From the IMG/VR virus record IMGVR_UViG_3300023175_001302: a stretch of 64,000 nucleotides of DNA. The stretch is one strand, 5' to 3'. The DNA comes from an uncultured virus (IMG/VR IMGVR_UViG_3300023175_001302). Lineage: Duplodnaviria > Heunggongvirae > Uroviricota > Caudoviricetes. The position numbers and the translations under genes are program-made. Within the stretch, counting starts at the first letter, position 1. Each line of letters opens with the position of its first letter. The notes beneath the pieces were generated by a model. It had not been told where the DNA came from. It saw only the letters and a program-made list of their open reading frames with translations, and ran no database searches. Positions 48,702-57,477 of the stretch are shown here, piece by piece.

Positions 48702-49254
48702 GCTGAACTACAATACTGACCGCATACGCAACAGCGTGTGCTTTTTTAAAATAATAACTATCGTCTTTTGGTTTAGACCAAACTTCACTTTTGATTTTTT
48801 CTTTGTTTTCGTTTAGTAGATACCTTTTAGCGGGACGAATGATGGCAAGTACCTCTGCTAGTTCTTCAACACTCTGCGGCTTTAATACCCGCAGTACTTC
48901 GATATGATTAGCAACATGTGCTAAGTTCTGTACTACTTCCTCATGCTGAAATAAATCCCATACAGGTTCTTGTTCCATAAGAGAAACAAGGTGTTCTTCG
49001 TCACGCACACCATCATACAGTGAGTTATTAAGAAAATCTAGTTTGAAGTAGCCACGTTCTTCTGCTTCTTTGTATTCAATGCTTGCTAGATTAGAAACAG
49101 GATCATGTGGTATTTTACTGACATAGACGCCACTGTTATGCTTTGTATACACACCTTTCTTGTTGATAGACGCTGGAACATGACATATCTTGGATAGAAC
49201 TACATCCCGATCTAATACATCAATATCAATATCAGTTTGATTACTCATTTCCAT
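48661..49254 (-). CDS. Miniature DNA polymerase III alpha (DnaE)-like protein
   Basis: DIDIDV, KHNSGVY, GYFKLDFL, LAIIRP and FKKAHAVAYA appear in DnaE order within ~195 aa. Confidence 0.75.
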   Translation of the reverse strand: MEMSNQTDIDIDVLDRDVVLSKICHVPASINKKGVYTKHNSGVYVSKIPHDPVSNLASIEYKEAEERGYFKLDFLNNSLYDGVRDEEHLVSLMEQEPVWDLFQHEEVVQNLAHVANHIEVLRVLKPQSVEELAEVLAIIRPAKRYLLNENKEKIKSEVWSKPKDDSYYFKKAHAVAYAVSIVVQLNLFCEQVEQNGV

Positions 49255-49562
49255 ACCATAATGAACATAGCAGCATCTTGTTCATCTTCAAAATATAAAT
49301 CACCTCTGTGGGCTACATAATACCCAGAGCAATTTTCATTACACCAATCGATTAACTCTGTTAGTACACCACTGCCGGGTACTAACTCATTTTCAAATTT
49401 TATATTCTCTTTAGATACTGGAGTCCATTCTAAGAATTCTTTATTATTGAAGTCACTTAAAAACTTTCTTCTATAATCTATCTTTCCTTGAATGGCTCTT
49501 AGTCTATCTAAGCGTTCTCTTACATTACTATGTTTCAGCATTCCCAAGGAAACTCTACCCAT
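49245..49562 (-). CDS. Hypothetical protein
   Basis: WC.ENC.G...FEDEQDAAMF pattern. Confidence 0.6.
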   Translation of the reverse strand: MGRVSLGMLKHSNVRERLDRLRAIQGKIDYRRKFLSDFNNKEFLEWTPVSKENIKFENELVPGSGVLTELIDWCNENCSGYYVAHRGDLYFEDEQDAAMFIMVWK

Positions 49563-50083
49563 GTTTCAACTTCAGTTGGTAATTCAGCACTATAATAATC
49601 AGTATCTACAATTGAATTAGGATCCATCATTATAGAAGCAAATCTTACGTTTCCATGCCAAGTTTCTTCCCAAGCAATAGTATCATTCGGCATACAATTA
49701 GACTTCCAATCATTCATAATCCAAGCAAGTGCATCTCCGCCACGATTAATATCATCTATTATTAAGATATTCTTTCTTTTCTCATTGTTTGAAGTACAAG
49801 AGTTAAAAATATTATCTCTATCTGGTACGTTCACATAACCATAAGCATCTTCTGCCATCCAGCAATTACTTTCAGTATTTTCTTCTAATCCATCTGCTGC
49901 TAATTGTACACAAAGTGTGTGCATTGGGATATCTGTCATATGTGATAACATTACTGCTGGAACTAATCCACCACGGGTAATACCTATAATATAGTCTGGT
50001 CGCCAATTATCTTTATACATCTGCATTGCTATATCTTGTACAGAACGCTCTACTCTTTTCCAGTCATAAGTTATCAGTTTCAT
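49535..50083 (-). CDS. Type I phosphoribosyltransferase (Gpt-like)
   Basis: IIGITRGGLVPA, ILIIDDINRGG and WVEFPWE. Confidence 0.85.
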   Translation of the reverse strand: MKLITYDWKRVERSVQDIAMQMYKDNWRPDYIIGITRGGLVPAVMLSHMTDIPMHTLCVQLAADGLEENTESNCWMAEDAYGYVNVPDRDNIFNSCTSNNEKRKNILIIDDINRGGDALAWIMNDWKSNCMPNDTIAWEETWHGNVRFASIMMDPNSIVDTDYYSAELPTEVETWVEFPWEC

Positions 50084-50086
50084 GTG

Positions 50087-50443
50087 TCACCTGTTTACTA
50101 AATCTTCATCATCATCTAATGGTTGTTCACCCAATAGTAATGCTTCGGCTGCTTTATATTGTTCATAAAGACTTTTTAACAAATCATACTCTTCTAATTT
50201 TTCAGGATCGGGCCTTAAAATACCTAGATACTTTTCTATTTTATCAAGTCTTTCGTTTGTTACATCTTGCGGTGATTTATAATCATCTAAATTAAATGTT
50301 AAATCATCTAAATTAAATGTTAAATCATCTAAATCAATAATATCATCTGGTAATACAGTAGGAGTATTCATGGTAATTGTAGTACTATCTGACATATCTA
50401 ACCAATCACCAGTTATATTAATAGTCAAATCAGCATTATTCAT
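50087..50443 (-). CDS. Hypothetical protein
   Basis: ORF with an internal LDDLTFN repeat. Confidence 0.6.
   Translation of the reverse strand: MNNADLTINITGDWLDMSDSTTITMNTPTVLPDDIIDLDDLTFNLDDLTFNLDDYKSPQDVTNERLDKIEKYLGILRPDPEKLEEYDLLKSLYEQYKAAEALLLGEQPLDDDEDLVNR
50281..50334. repeat. In-frame 21-bp tandem repeat (~2.6 copies)
   Basis: aaatcatctaaattaaatgtt units. Confidence 0.9.
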
Positions 50444-50630
50444 CTTCAGTTGCCTTTTTTATATTCCAATTACCTTTTTCATCCTCATACCAAACTAATG
50501 TATCGCCTTCGTTCCAGCCAAGCTGTTCCAATACTTTTTGAGGTAATTCGATGTATAGTTCACCGTCTTCATCCTCTTGTATTTCTAAAACTGTGTCGGT
50601 TCTTTTAGTTGATACTTTTTTAGTACTCAC
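50436..50630 (-). CDS. AbrB/MazE/SpoVT-like DNA-binding protein
   Basis: LYIELPQKVLEQLGWNEGDTL. Confidence 0.7.
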   Translation of the reverse strand: MSTKKVSTKRTDTVLEIQEDEDGELYIELPQKVLEQLGWNEGDTLVWYEDEKGNWNIKKATEDE

Positions 50631-51301
50631 AATCCCGCCTCCTTTAATACCATCTGAACAAAATCAACATCTTCTTTTCTTGTTGAAAACTTTCGTGTCC
50701 AAAATGTAGGTTCTAAATATTCCATAATTAAATTTTGTTCCTGATTGCTTAATGCGTCAATAGCTGCGCTCCCGCTAGAGCAATTAAAAATAATCCAAGG
50801 GCTAATCCTTCCGGATTTGACCCAATGAATAAGACGCGGCTTACTAATCTCCCTAAAGAATACATTATACGGTCTATCATTTTCTCTACTCCATTGTTCC
50901 ATCAACAGAATACCACGTTCTACCGCACGTTCTGCTGTTTCTTTTTTGTTTAACTCTCTTATGTATGTTTCATATACTGAATCGCTACACCATTTATCTA
51001 ATTTTACACTATTTCGTATAACAAAGTCAATGAATTTTTCAGGATCGATAGCACTTATTTCTAATATGTGTCTACCAAATTTGGTAAACGCCGTATAGTA
51101 ATTACTCTTCGCAAACTGTTCATAAGTTTTTTCTTTTGTTGCTCCTTGAGTCAATTCATAAAATCTATTGTATGCCAATAGACCCAATCTAACATACTTA
51201 GAGTCTTTATTTAGCCATCTTCGCTTTTGTTCACACAAATGAACAGCAAGAGTCTTTTCACGCTTGAAACTCTTTCCACAAAATTGACACTCAAAACTCA
51301 T
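50627..51301 (-). CDS. Hypothetical protein with an N-terminal zinc finger
   Basis: FECQFCGKSF...L..HLC. Confidence 0.7.
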   Translation of the reverse strand: MSFECQFCGKSFKREKTLAVHLCEQKRRWLNKDSKYVRLGLLAYNRFYELTQGATKEKTYEQFAKSNYYTAFTKFGRHILEISAIDPEKFIDFVIRNSVKLDKWCSDSVYETYIRELNKKETAERAVERGILLMEQWSRENDRPYNVFFREISKPRLIHWVKSGRISPWIIFNCSSGSAAIDALSNQEQNLIMEYLEPTFWTRKFSTRKEDVDFVQMVLKEAGL

Positions 51302-51777
51302 TTCTTTTTACGCTTCTTTTTACCAAATATTTCTTCTAATTCTTTTTCGCTTTTTCCCACATCAAGTGCTAATTGTCTTATTTCGTTTTCATCATTTATT
51401 TCCATAAATAATTCCACTTCATCATTCTTTAAATGAGGATAAACTTCAGAAATAAATTCAGATACTTTGTCTGTTTTCTTTTTTGAATTAGGTGCTTTTA
51501 TCCACTGATGGAATTCTTTTTTACCTGAACCTGTTAAACAAAATAACTTCCACATTAATTCATCATGTTTATATAAATCAACGTAATGTTTATTAACAAA
51601 TTCATTTGTATTTAATAAAGCATCGTCACGGGACTTCCCATTGACGCTACTAGCATATCTGAGGAATAACCAACTGCTCCACTTCTTTTTATGTTCATCT
51701 GATAGATTAGCATACCAATTAAAGTCACGCCTATCCATCGCATTCAAAATATCATTCAGTGGTAATTTATCACTCAT
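51298..51777 (-). CDS. Clamp-loader small subunit-like protein (T4 gp62-like)
   Basis: L.DILNA.D..., WLFLRYAS, NEF.N.H and FHQWIK; replication-gene context. Confidence 0.55.
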   Translation of the reverse strand: MSDKLPLNDILNAMDRRDFNWYANLSDEHKKKWSSWLFLRYASSVNGKSRDDALLNTNEFVNKHYVDLYKHDELMWKLFCLTGSGKKEFHQWIKAPNSKKKTDKVSEFISEVYPHLKNDEVELFMEINDENEIRQLALDVGKSEKELEEIFGKKKRKKK

Positions 51778-52277
51778 TAGAAGAACTCATAACTACTTAA
51801 TACATCTGGTATACGATTTAAATCTTTTACAAAATACGCACATCTTGGTTTTTCTTTATGTTCAAGTGGTATAGCAAGAATGTGACCATATTTTAATTTA
51901 GGGAAAAACCATTTCACATCTGCGAATACATTATTTACTTTGATAGGTTTCCATTCCATTGTAAATCCACCCAATGGATTTGTCAATATAGTATCGAATG
52001 AACGCTCATTAATACTTGTAAGTGGAATAAATTCTAGTTCACCGATTTCTCTATCACCGATTAAAATATTCCAATCAATCGGCATTTCTACTTTGAATTC
52101 TCCTATACTTAAACTGATGCTAGGTGCATTAAATGTTTCAATAAAAACTAGTGGAATAAAAAAGAAATCAGGTTCTTGTTTGTCAGTAACGTCCAACACA
52201 CAATATCTTATATCTTCGATTTCATCAGGTAAGTTATTCATTTCAAAACATCGATTTTCTGGTGTTAATATTTTCAT
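51777..52277 (-). CDS. Hypothetical protein
   Basis: Coupled to uvsW. Confidence 0.65.
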   Translation of the reverse strand: MKILTPENRCFEMNNLPDEIEDIRYCVLDVTDKQEPDFFFIPLVFIETFNAPSISLSIGEFKVEMPIDWNILIGDREIGELEFIPLTSINERSFDTILTNPLGGFTMEWKPIKVNNVFADVKWFFPKLKYGHILAIPLEHKEKPRCAYFVKDLNRIPDVLSSYEFF

Positions 52278-53722
52278 TAGTAATTTACTTTCTGTATGTT
52301 AAATGGGTATTCTGCATCTTTATAATATTTCTTACGTTCGGTCAAATGACGCTTACTAAACTTACATCTACTTGTGATGTCCCAAATCTGTACAAAGTCT
52401 TTATCTTTAGCAATACGAACCCCACGTCCTATTGACTGAATAACACGGACGAAACTTTTACCAGGCTCCAGGAGAACAAGATTAAATATACGAGGAATGT
52501 TAATACCGACAGCCGCAACTCCATAGGTTGCAATAGTAATGTTATTTGTTCCTTGATTGATTTCATTGTATGCTTCTTTTCTGTCATTAGTTTTCATTTC
52601 GCCCTGAACAAATTCTGCTTCAGGTATAAGTTCTTGTAAAAGTTTACCGTTGTTTATTCTTCCTGTTAGTACAAGAGTATTACCAGTTGTTGAAATTTCT
52701 TTAATCATATTTGCTAGAAACTCCATACGCTTTTTATCTTCTAGTAAAAATTTAAGTTCACTTTGATAACTTGTATATTCAGCAGTTTCTTGTGTTTGTA
52801 CAATATTCACTTCGCAGTTAGCAAGTACACCTTGATCCTGTAATTCTTTTGCTGCTAGTCTATTGGTAACTTCACCCAATGAACTACGCAGTGACGCAAA
52901 CTCATAATCTGCTTTTGGAATAGTACCTGTTAATCCCCAACGAATAGGAACATTAGCAAATACACTTGTAAGTAAATCTTTTAAAACGTCTGCCTTCGCT
53001 TGGTGTACTTCGTCAACCATAACACAAATAACATCTTCGATAAAGTCCATGATGTTATCTTCGCCCTTTTTAGTTTTCTTCAATAGACTATTGAGAGATT
53101 GCCAAGTACAAATAGTATGTGTCTTACCAATATCTTTACGGTCTCCGAAGTACACCCCAACGTCCAACCCACAATTTATATAGTCTTCTTCTGTCTGTCG
53201 AACCAAGTCCTTATTTGGTACAATAACAATAGAGCGACCATACTTCTCTACAATTTTAGACAGTGTAGCAGTCATAATAGTTTTGCCTGCTCCTGTCGCA
53301 ATCTCTTGTAGTGATTGTGGGTTCTCAATAAATTTATTAATAACTTCAACTTGATAATCACGCAAACGAATTGTTTGACCTTCAACTGGATGTCCTTTAG
53401 GCCAACATGTGTCTCCCCAAAATTCAGTATCTATTTCATTAAATTCTAAAGCAGTGTGTTCACGTTTATCATCAATATCTATCTCGTAACCCGCACTAAT
53501 GATAATAGGCAATAAATCATCTAATAGATTTAAATATGTTCTACCACCTACATCACAAAAGCGAACTGTTCCATCCCATCTCCCGAGTTTATACGCAGGC
53601 ATATGATACGCATGTGGTAAAAAGAACTTGAGTTTATCAGAACACTTTCGTCGTGTTGCTGGATCAAGTCCTTCCAACTTTACGTTCACTTCATCTTTGA
53701 TTACGATTGTACACTTTTTCAT
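52277..53722 (-). CDS. uvsW: SF2 DNA helicase UvsW
   Basis: GRWDG, LRDYQ, ATGAGKT, DEVH, GLTGT and QSIGRGVR. Confidence 0.9.
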   Translation of the reverse strand: MKKCTIVIKDEVNVKLEGLDPATRRKCSDKLKFFLPHAYHMPAYKLGRWDGTVRFCDVGGRTYLNLLDDLLPIIISAGYEIDIDDKREHTALEFNEIDTEFWGDTCWPKGHPVEGQTIRLRDYQVEVINKFIENPQSLQEIATGAGKTIMTATLSKIVEKYGRSIVIVPNKDLVRQTEEDYINCGLDVGVYFGDRKDIGKTHTICTWQSLNSLLKKTKKGEDNIMDFIEDVICVMVDEVHQAKADVLKDLLTSVFANVPIRWGLTGTIPKADYEFASLRSSLGEVTNRLAAKELQDQGVLANCEVNIVQTQETAEYTSYQSELKFLLEDKKRMEFLANMIKEISTTGNTLVLTGRINNGKLLQELIPEAEFVQGEMKTNDRKEAYNEINQGTNNITIATYGVAAVGINIPRIFNLVLLEPGKSFVRVIQSIGRGVRIAKDKDFVQIWDITSRCKFSKRHLTERKKYYKDAEYPFNIQKVNY

Positions 53723-53824
53723 TTTTTTATAATAACATTTTTAGTATCGGAAGTCAATATATAAAAAGACGGATACCAGGGAGAGAAAGGAGAAGACCCA
53801 GTATCCGTCTACTTGTGAAGCGAG

Positions 53825-54799
53825 TTATGCCCGCTTCATACAAGTTGTTTCTGCGAAACGCTGCCAGCGTGTCGGGTTCATCTTACACAAGTCTGCAAGT
53901 TTTTGAGCCATACGCAGCGAGATTTCACGCATTTTAGATTGATTATTTTCTAAGAACTTTACAATTTCATCCTCTTGTTCTTTACTTAGTCCTTTAGTAT
54001 CGAACAGACCACCGTCACGTGCGATTTGCTTAATACGCAAAATCTTTTCACGTGTAGTGTCCATTGTCAAATCAAGATAGTGACAACGAGACATGATAGC
54101 TTCTAAGTGATCCTTGATTTTAGTTGAACGCACATTGTCAAACTTCAAGTTAGTCACAAAGATAACTGAACCTTTGAACTCGAAAGTATCAGGAACTCCT
54201 TCACGGCGAAGAAAGTGAGAGTCAGAGTTCCAAGAAATCTTACGCTTCTTACCGCTATCAAGTGCTGCCTTCAGAATGTTTAGTGCATCCTCGTTGAACA
54301 AGATGCTATCACAATCGTCAAGCACAACAACTGACTTCGGGTCAGAATACTTGTACAGTGTAGCATATAGACCAATCGGTGACATTGTACCTTTGACAAA
54401 TGTGTGACGTAGCGGACGCTCTGCCATTACGTCAAATAGAGAATCTTTCTCAATGACTTGTTCAATGCCATATGTCTTACCGACACCAGGAGGTCCTGAG
54501 ACAACCATGCCACGCACGATACCGTCAAGTGTAGCAGCAGTCATTTCATCAAGAATGTCGAAACGTTCAGCAATGCGATTCATTACTTGTTCATCTGTTT
54601 CGTCATGTTCACAAACAACCTCAACATCCTCAGGCTTTACTTTGATACGCATCTTAGCACGACCAAACTCAGTTTCAGAACCGTCAACTGTAATAAATGT
54701 TGAACCGTCTTTTGCTTCTTTTATTTCTTGTACAACAGGAAAGATACCTGCAATTTCTTGATTGCGATAAAAACCTGAAGTGATTTGAACTATAGACAT
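53825..54799 (-). CDS. AAA-family ATPase
   Basis: SGPPGVGKT, VVLDDCD and NILKAALD. Confidence 0.85.
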   Translation of the reverse strand: MSIVQITSGFYRNQEIAGIFPVVQEIKEAKDGSTFITVDGSETEFGRAKMRIKVKPEDVEVVCEHDETDEQVMNRIAERFDILDEMTAATLDGIVRGMVVSGPPGVGKTYGIEQVIEKDSLFDVMAERPLRHTFVKGTMSPIGLYATLYKYSDPKSVVVLDDCDSILFNEDALNILKAALDSGKKRKISWNSDSHFLRREGVPDTFEFKGSVIFVTNLKFDNVRSTKIKDHLEAIMSRCHYLDLTMDTTREKILRIKQIARDGGLFDTKGLSKEQEDEIVKFLENNQSKMREISLRMAQKLADLCKMNPTRWQRFAETTCMKRA

Positions 54800-54829
54800 A
54801 ATCTTCCTTTCTCTCTTGATTACATTTAT

Positions 54830-54858
54830 ACTATAAAGCGATTCGTTATATTTGTCAA
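54830..54858 (-). promoter_or_regulatory. sigma70-type promoter with internal GANTC
   Basis: TTGACA-aatataaCGAATCGctt-TATAGT. Confidence 0.75.
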
Positions 54859-54861
54859 GTT

Positions 54862-55104
54862 TTACAATCGCCTTTCTATTTCTTCTAACTGTGCTAAATG
54901 CTTTTCATGTTGGTCACGAATATGTACATATGATTTCCACTCTGCGAAATCATGTGTTTCTGGACCAAACTTATTATTACGTGACTCGGCAGCATTTTCT
55001 GCCAATTTTTGACCGAACGAATACCAATCTACAATTTCTTTAGTATCCAATTTATAAACTACATACACTGGAATTCCAGCATCAATTGCTGATTCTAATT
55101 TCAT
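54862..55104 (-). CDS. Hypothetical protein
   Basis: GGAG SD; operon context. Confidence 0.6.
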   Translation of the reverse strand: MKLESAIDAGIPVYVVYKLDTKEIVDWYSFGQKLAENAAESRNNKFGPETHDFAEWKSYVHIRDQHEKHLAQLEEIERRL

Positions 55105-55106
55105 AT

Positions 55107-55271
55107 TTACATCTCCGACAATTCAAAATAACAATCAGCAACAAGGCTTTCGCCCATGCTACCATATTCGGAACGAATAATTTCGTATACTTTATCTACA
55201 TTATTTCCTTCTTCAATTAAGTCATAAACACGTTCTTGTACTTCAAGAATAAAATTACCTGTTGCACTCAT
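55107..55271 (-). CDS. Small hypothetical protein (54 aa)
   Basis: Hand-translated MSATGNFILEVQERVYDL...; GAGG SD. Confidence 0.6.
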   Translation of the reverse strand: MSATGNFILEVQERVYDLIEEGNNVDKVYEIIRSEYGSMGESLVADCYFELSEM

Positions 55272-55396
55272 TCAGACACCTCTTTAATTTCATAGATGGT
55301 TTTGTCAACTTCTTGACCTTTTACATATGCTTCCGCATCTTCACGGCGTGAACAAACCGCTACAGTTTGCCCACCTTTTACTTTTACAATATACAT
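55268..55396 (-). CDS. Small hypothetical protein (42 aa)
   Basis: Hand-translated MYIVKVKGGQTVAVCSRREDAEAY...; overlaps neighbouring start and stop codons. Confidence 0.55.
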   Translation of the reverse strand: MYIVKVKGGQTVAVCSRREDAEAYVKGQEVDKTIYEIKEVSE

Positions 55397-55830
55397 TATG
55401 CTGCTGCCTTTTGTTTATTTGTACAGATATAGGGTTTATCCCAGTAACCAACATTGATACTCATATAAAATGCTGTATCAAAGTAGTCAATCTGAGCATC
55501 GCTATTGTTATACCAAGCACGGCCACCTTCTGCCTTAGCAGGAGCAGACTTCACAATTTCTACAATATCATTGAAAAGATTTTCATGCTCACCATAGAAA
55601 TGAGTATGATACTGATTGATTTGCTCATGACCTGTGAACTTACGCACCCGCCCGTCATACTTGTCAATGCTATCCATAGAACCATCATAAAAGTCAATGA
55701 CGCCTTCTTTAAGCGTGATAATAACAGAACTATAGTTATCCCGACGAACACCAAATTTGATATTCTTACCAAACTTTTCTTTTAGTGCTTTACGAATTTC
55801 TTTAACTTCGTTAGTAGAAATATAAGCCAT
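55396..55830 (-). CDS. Hypothetical early protein
   Basis: Follows the GANTC promoter at 55862-55890. Confidence 0.7.
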   Translation of the reverse strand: MAYISTNEVKEIRKALKEKFGKNIKFGVRRDNYSSVIITLKEGVIDFYDGSMDSIDKYDGRVRKFTGHEQINQYHTHFYGEHENLFNDIVEIVKSAPAKAEGGRAWYNNSDAQIDYFDTAFYMSINVGYWDKPYICTNKQKAAA

Positions 55831-55861
55831 GTGATAGTCCTTTTCTCTTGATTACATAATT

Positions 55862-55890
55862 ACTATATAGTGATTCGCTATTACTGTCAA
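55862..55890 (-). promoter_or_regulatory. sigma70-type promoter with internal GANTC
   Basis: TTGACA-gtaatagCGAATCActa-TATAGT. Confidence 0.75.
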
Positions 55891-55895
55891 CCTTT

Positions 55896-56207
55896 TTAGG
55901 CAACTTTTCCAACAATCATTGAAGTAGGAACCCGTGTTACTGTGCGACCGAAAGGTGTAGCACCTGCGTCTACTACTTCAATAGTTTTGCGATTCATTTT
56001 AGTAATAACACCACGACGAACATAACCATTGTTTGCCCATTCAACAGTGTCACCTTTTTTCAAACCACGCTTTGCTTGATTTCCGATGAAAGTCATTTGG
56101 TCTTTCCAAACTTTAGCAAGAGCATTCAAATCATCTTGTGTTTGAATTTTGCGAATAGCATCAATTGCGTTAATCAAGTCTTGTGTATTTGACTGAAGCT
56201 GTGTCAT
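55896..56207 (-). CDS. Hypothetical early protein (SH3/KOW-like)
   Basis: LKKGDTVEW...GVITKMNRKTIEV. Confidence 0.65.
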   Translation of the reverse strand: MTQLQSNTQDLINAIDAIRKIQTQDDLNALAKVWKDQMTFIGNQAKRGLKKGDTVEWANNGYVRRGVITKMNRKTIEVVDAGATPFGRTVTRVPTSMIVGKVA

Positions 56208-56238
56208 AAGAAATCCTCTCTTATCTGATTACTTAATT

Positions 56239-56266
56239 AATATAGCATGATTCTCAGTATTGTCAA
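56239..56266 (-). promoter_or_regulatory. sigma70-type promoter with internal GANTC
   Basis: TTGACA-atactgAGAATCAtgc-TATATT. Confidence 0.7.
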
Positions 56267-56277
56267 GTTTTATCCAT

Positions 56278-56306
56278 AAAAAAAGGGCGATAAACGCCCT
56301 CTTTTT
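56278..56306 (-). terminator. Terminator after nrdB
   Basis: AGGGCG-TTTAT-CGCCCT flanked by A and T runs. Confidence 0.75.
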
Positions 56307-56321
56307 AATATGTTTTAATTT

Positions 56322-57464
56322 TTATAGTGACATTCCACCAAATGTATTTGTGTCAACATCTTGCTTAACACCGCCAATAACATAAGACGAAATCTCTGTT
56401 TCTTGTGGAGCAACTTGTACTTCTGCACCCGCAATCCATTTTTGTGTCCACGGCAGTGGGTTAGCTTGTGGTGTTGTGTATGGACATTTTAGTCCAACTG
56501 CGGTCATACGCTTACAGCAAATCCATTCAATATAATCACTTAGAAGTTGTGTGTTTAGACCAATCATTGAACCATCTTTAAATAGATATTCAGCCCATTG
56601 TTTTTCTTGTTCTACAGCATCAACAAACATTTTGATACATTCTTCTTCTGTTTCTTGCGCAATTTTTACATAATCAGGATCATCTTTTGGTAGAAGTTTC
56701 AGTAGAGTTTGTGTTGAACCAAGATGTAAGTTTTCGTCACGTGCGATTAGTTTAATAATTTTTGCGTTACCTTCCATCTTCTTCAATTCAGCAAATGCCC
56801 ACGAACATGCGAATGAAACATAGAAGCGAACACCTTCAAGGATATTCACACTCATTAGAGTTTTGTAAAGCGATTTCTTAATTTCATACAAATTAACATT
56901 GACATTACGTGCTTCACGGTTTGAAGTAACTTGGTGAGTACCTTCACCCAATAAATTATACCACATTGACATTTCAATCAGTTCATCGTAGTTCTTTGAA
57001 ATATCATCAGCACAGTCCATGATTTCTTCGATCTCCATCATTTCGTCAAATACTTTTGATGGGTCAGCATACACGTTACGAATGATATGTGTATATGAAC
57101 GTGAATGAATTGTTTCACTAAATGTCCAAGTTTGGATCCATGCTTCTAGTTCTGGAATAGATACTAGCGGAGCAAATGCTTCTGTTGGCGCACGACCCTG
57201 TACTGAATCTAAAAGAATTTGACGTTTTAGATTAGATGTAAAGATATGCTTTTCATGTTCTGTAAGATTTTTAAAATCATTAGAATCTTTTGTTACATCT
57301 ACTTCTTCTGGACGCCAGAAGAAACCCAATTGCTTATCTGTCAACTTATCGAACTGCTTATACTTTAGCATATCATAACGTTGAATTGTTACACCGCCGT
57401 TTGGATCTAGGAATGCTAGTGCCTTCGTGTGGTCTGCTTTATTTTGTGCATTGAATACTGACAT
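56322..57464 (-). CDS. nrdB: Ribonucleotide reductase class Ia beta subunit
   Basis: FFWRPEEVD, QILLDSVQGR, SETIHSRSY, EGVRFYVSF and RDENLH. Confidence 0.97.
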   Translation of the reverse strand: MSVFNAQNKADHTKALAFLDPNGGVTIQRYDMLKYKQFDKLTDKQLGFFWRPEEVDVTKDSNDFKNLTEHEKHIFTSNLKRQILLDSVQGRAPTEAFAPLVSIPELEAWIQTWTFSETIHSRSYTHIIRNVYADPSKVFDEMMEIEEIMDCADDISKNYDELIEMSMWYNLLGEGTHQVTSNREARNVNVNLYEIKKSLYKTLMSVNILEGVRFYVSFACSWAFAELKKMEGNAKIIKLIARDENLHLGSTQTLLKLLPKDDPDYVKIAQETEEECIKMFVDAVEQEKQWAEYLFKDGSMIGLNTQLLSDYIEWICCKRMTAVGLKCPYTTPQANPLPWTQKWIAGAEVQVAPQETEISSYVIGGVKQDVDTNTFGGMSL

Positions 57465-57477
57465 ATCTTAACCTCTC

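Noticed and set aside
50436..50630. AbrB/MazE-like gene as the antitoxin of a toxin-antitoxin pair
   Set aside because: Neither neighbour resembles MazF, VapC or another known toxin.
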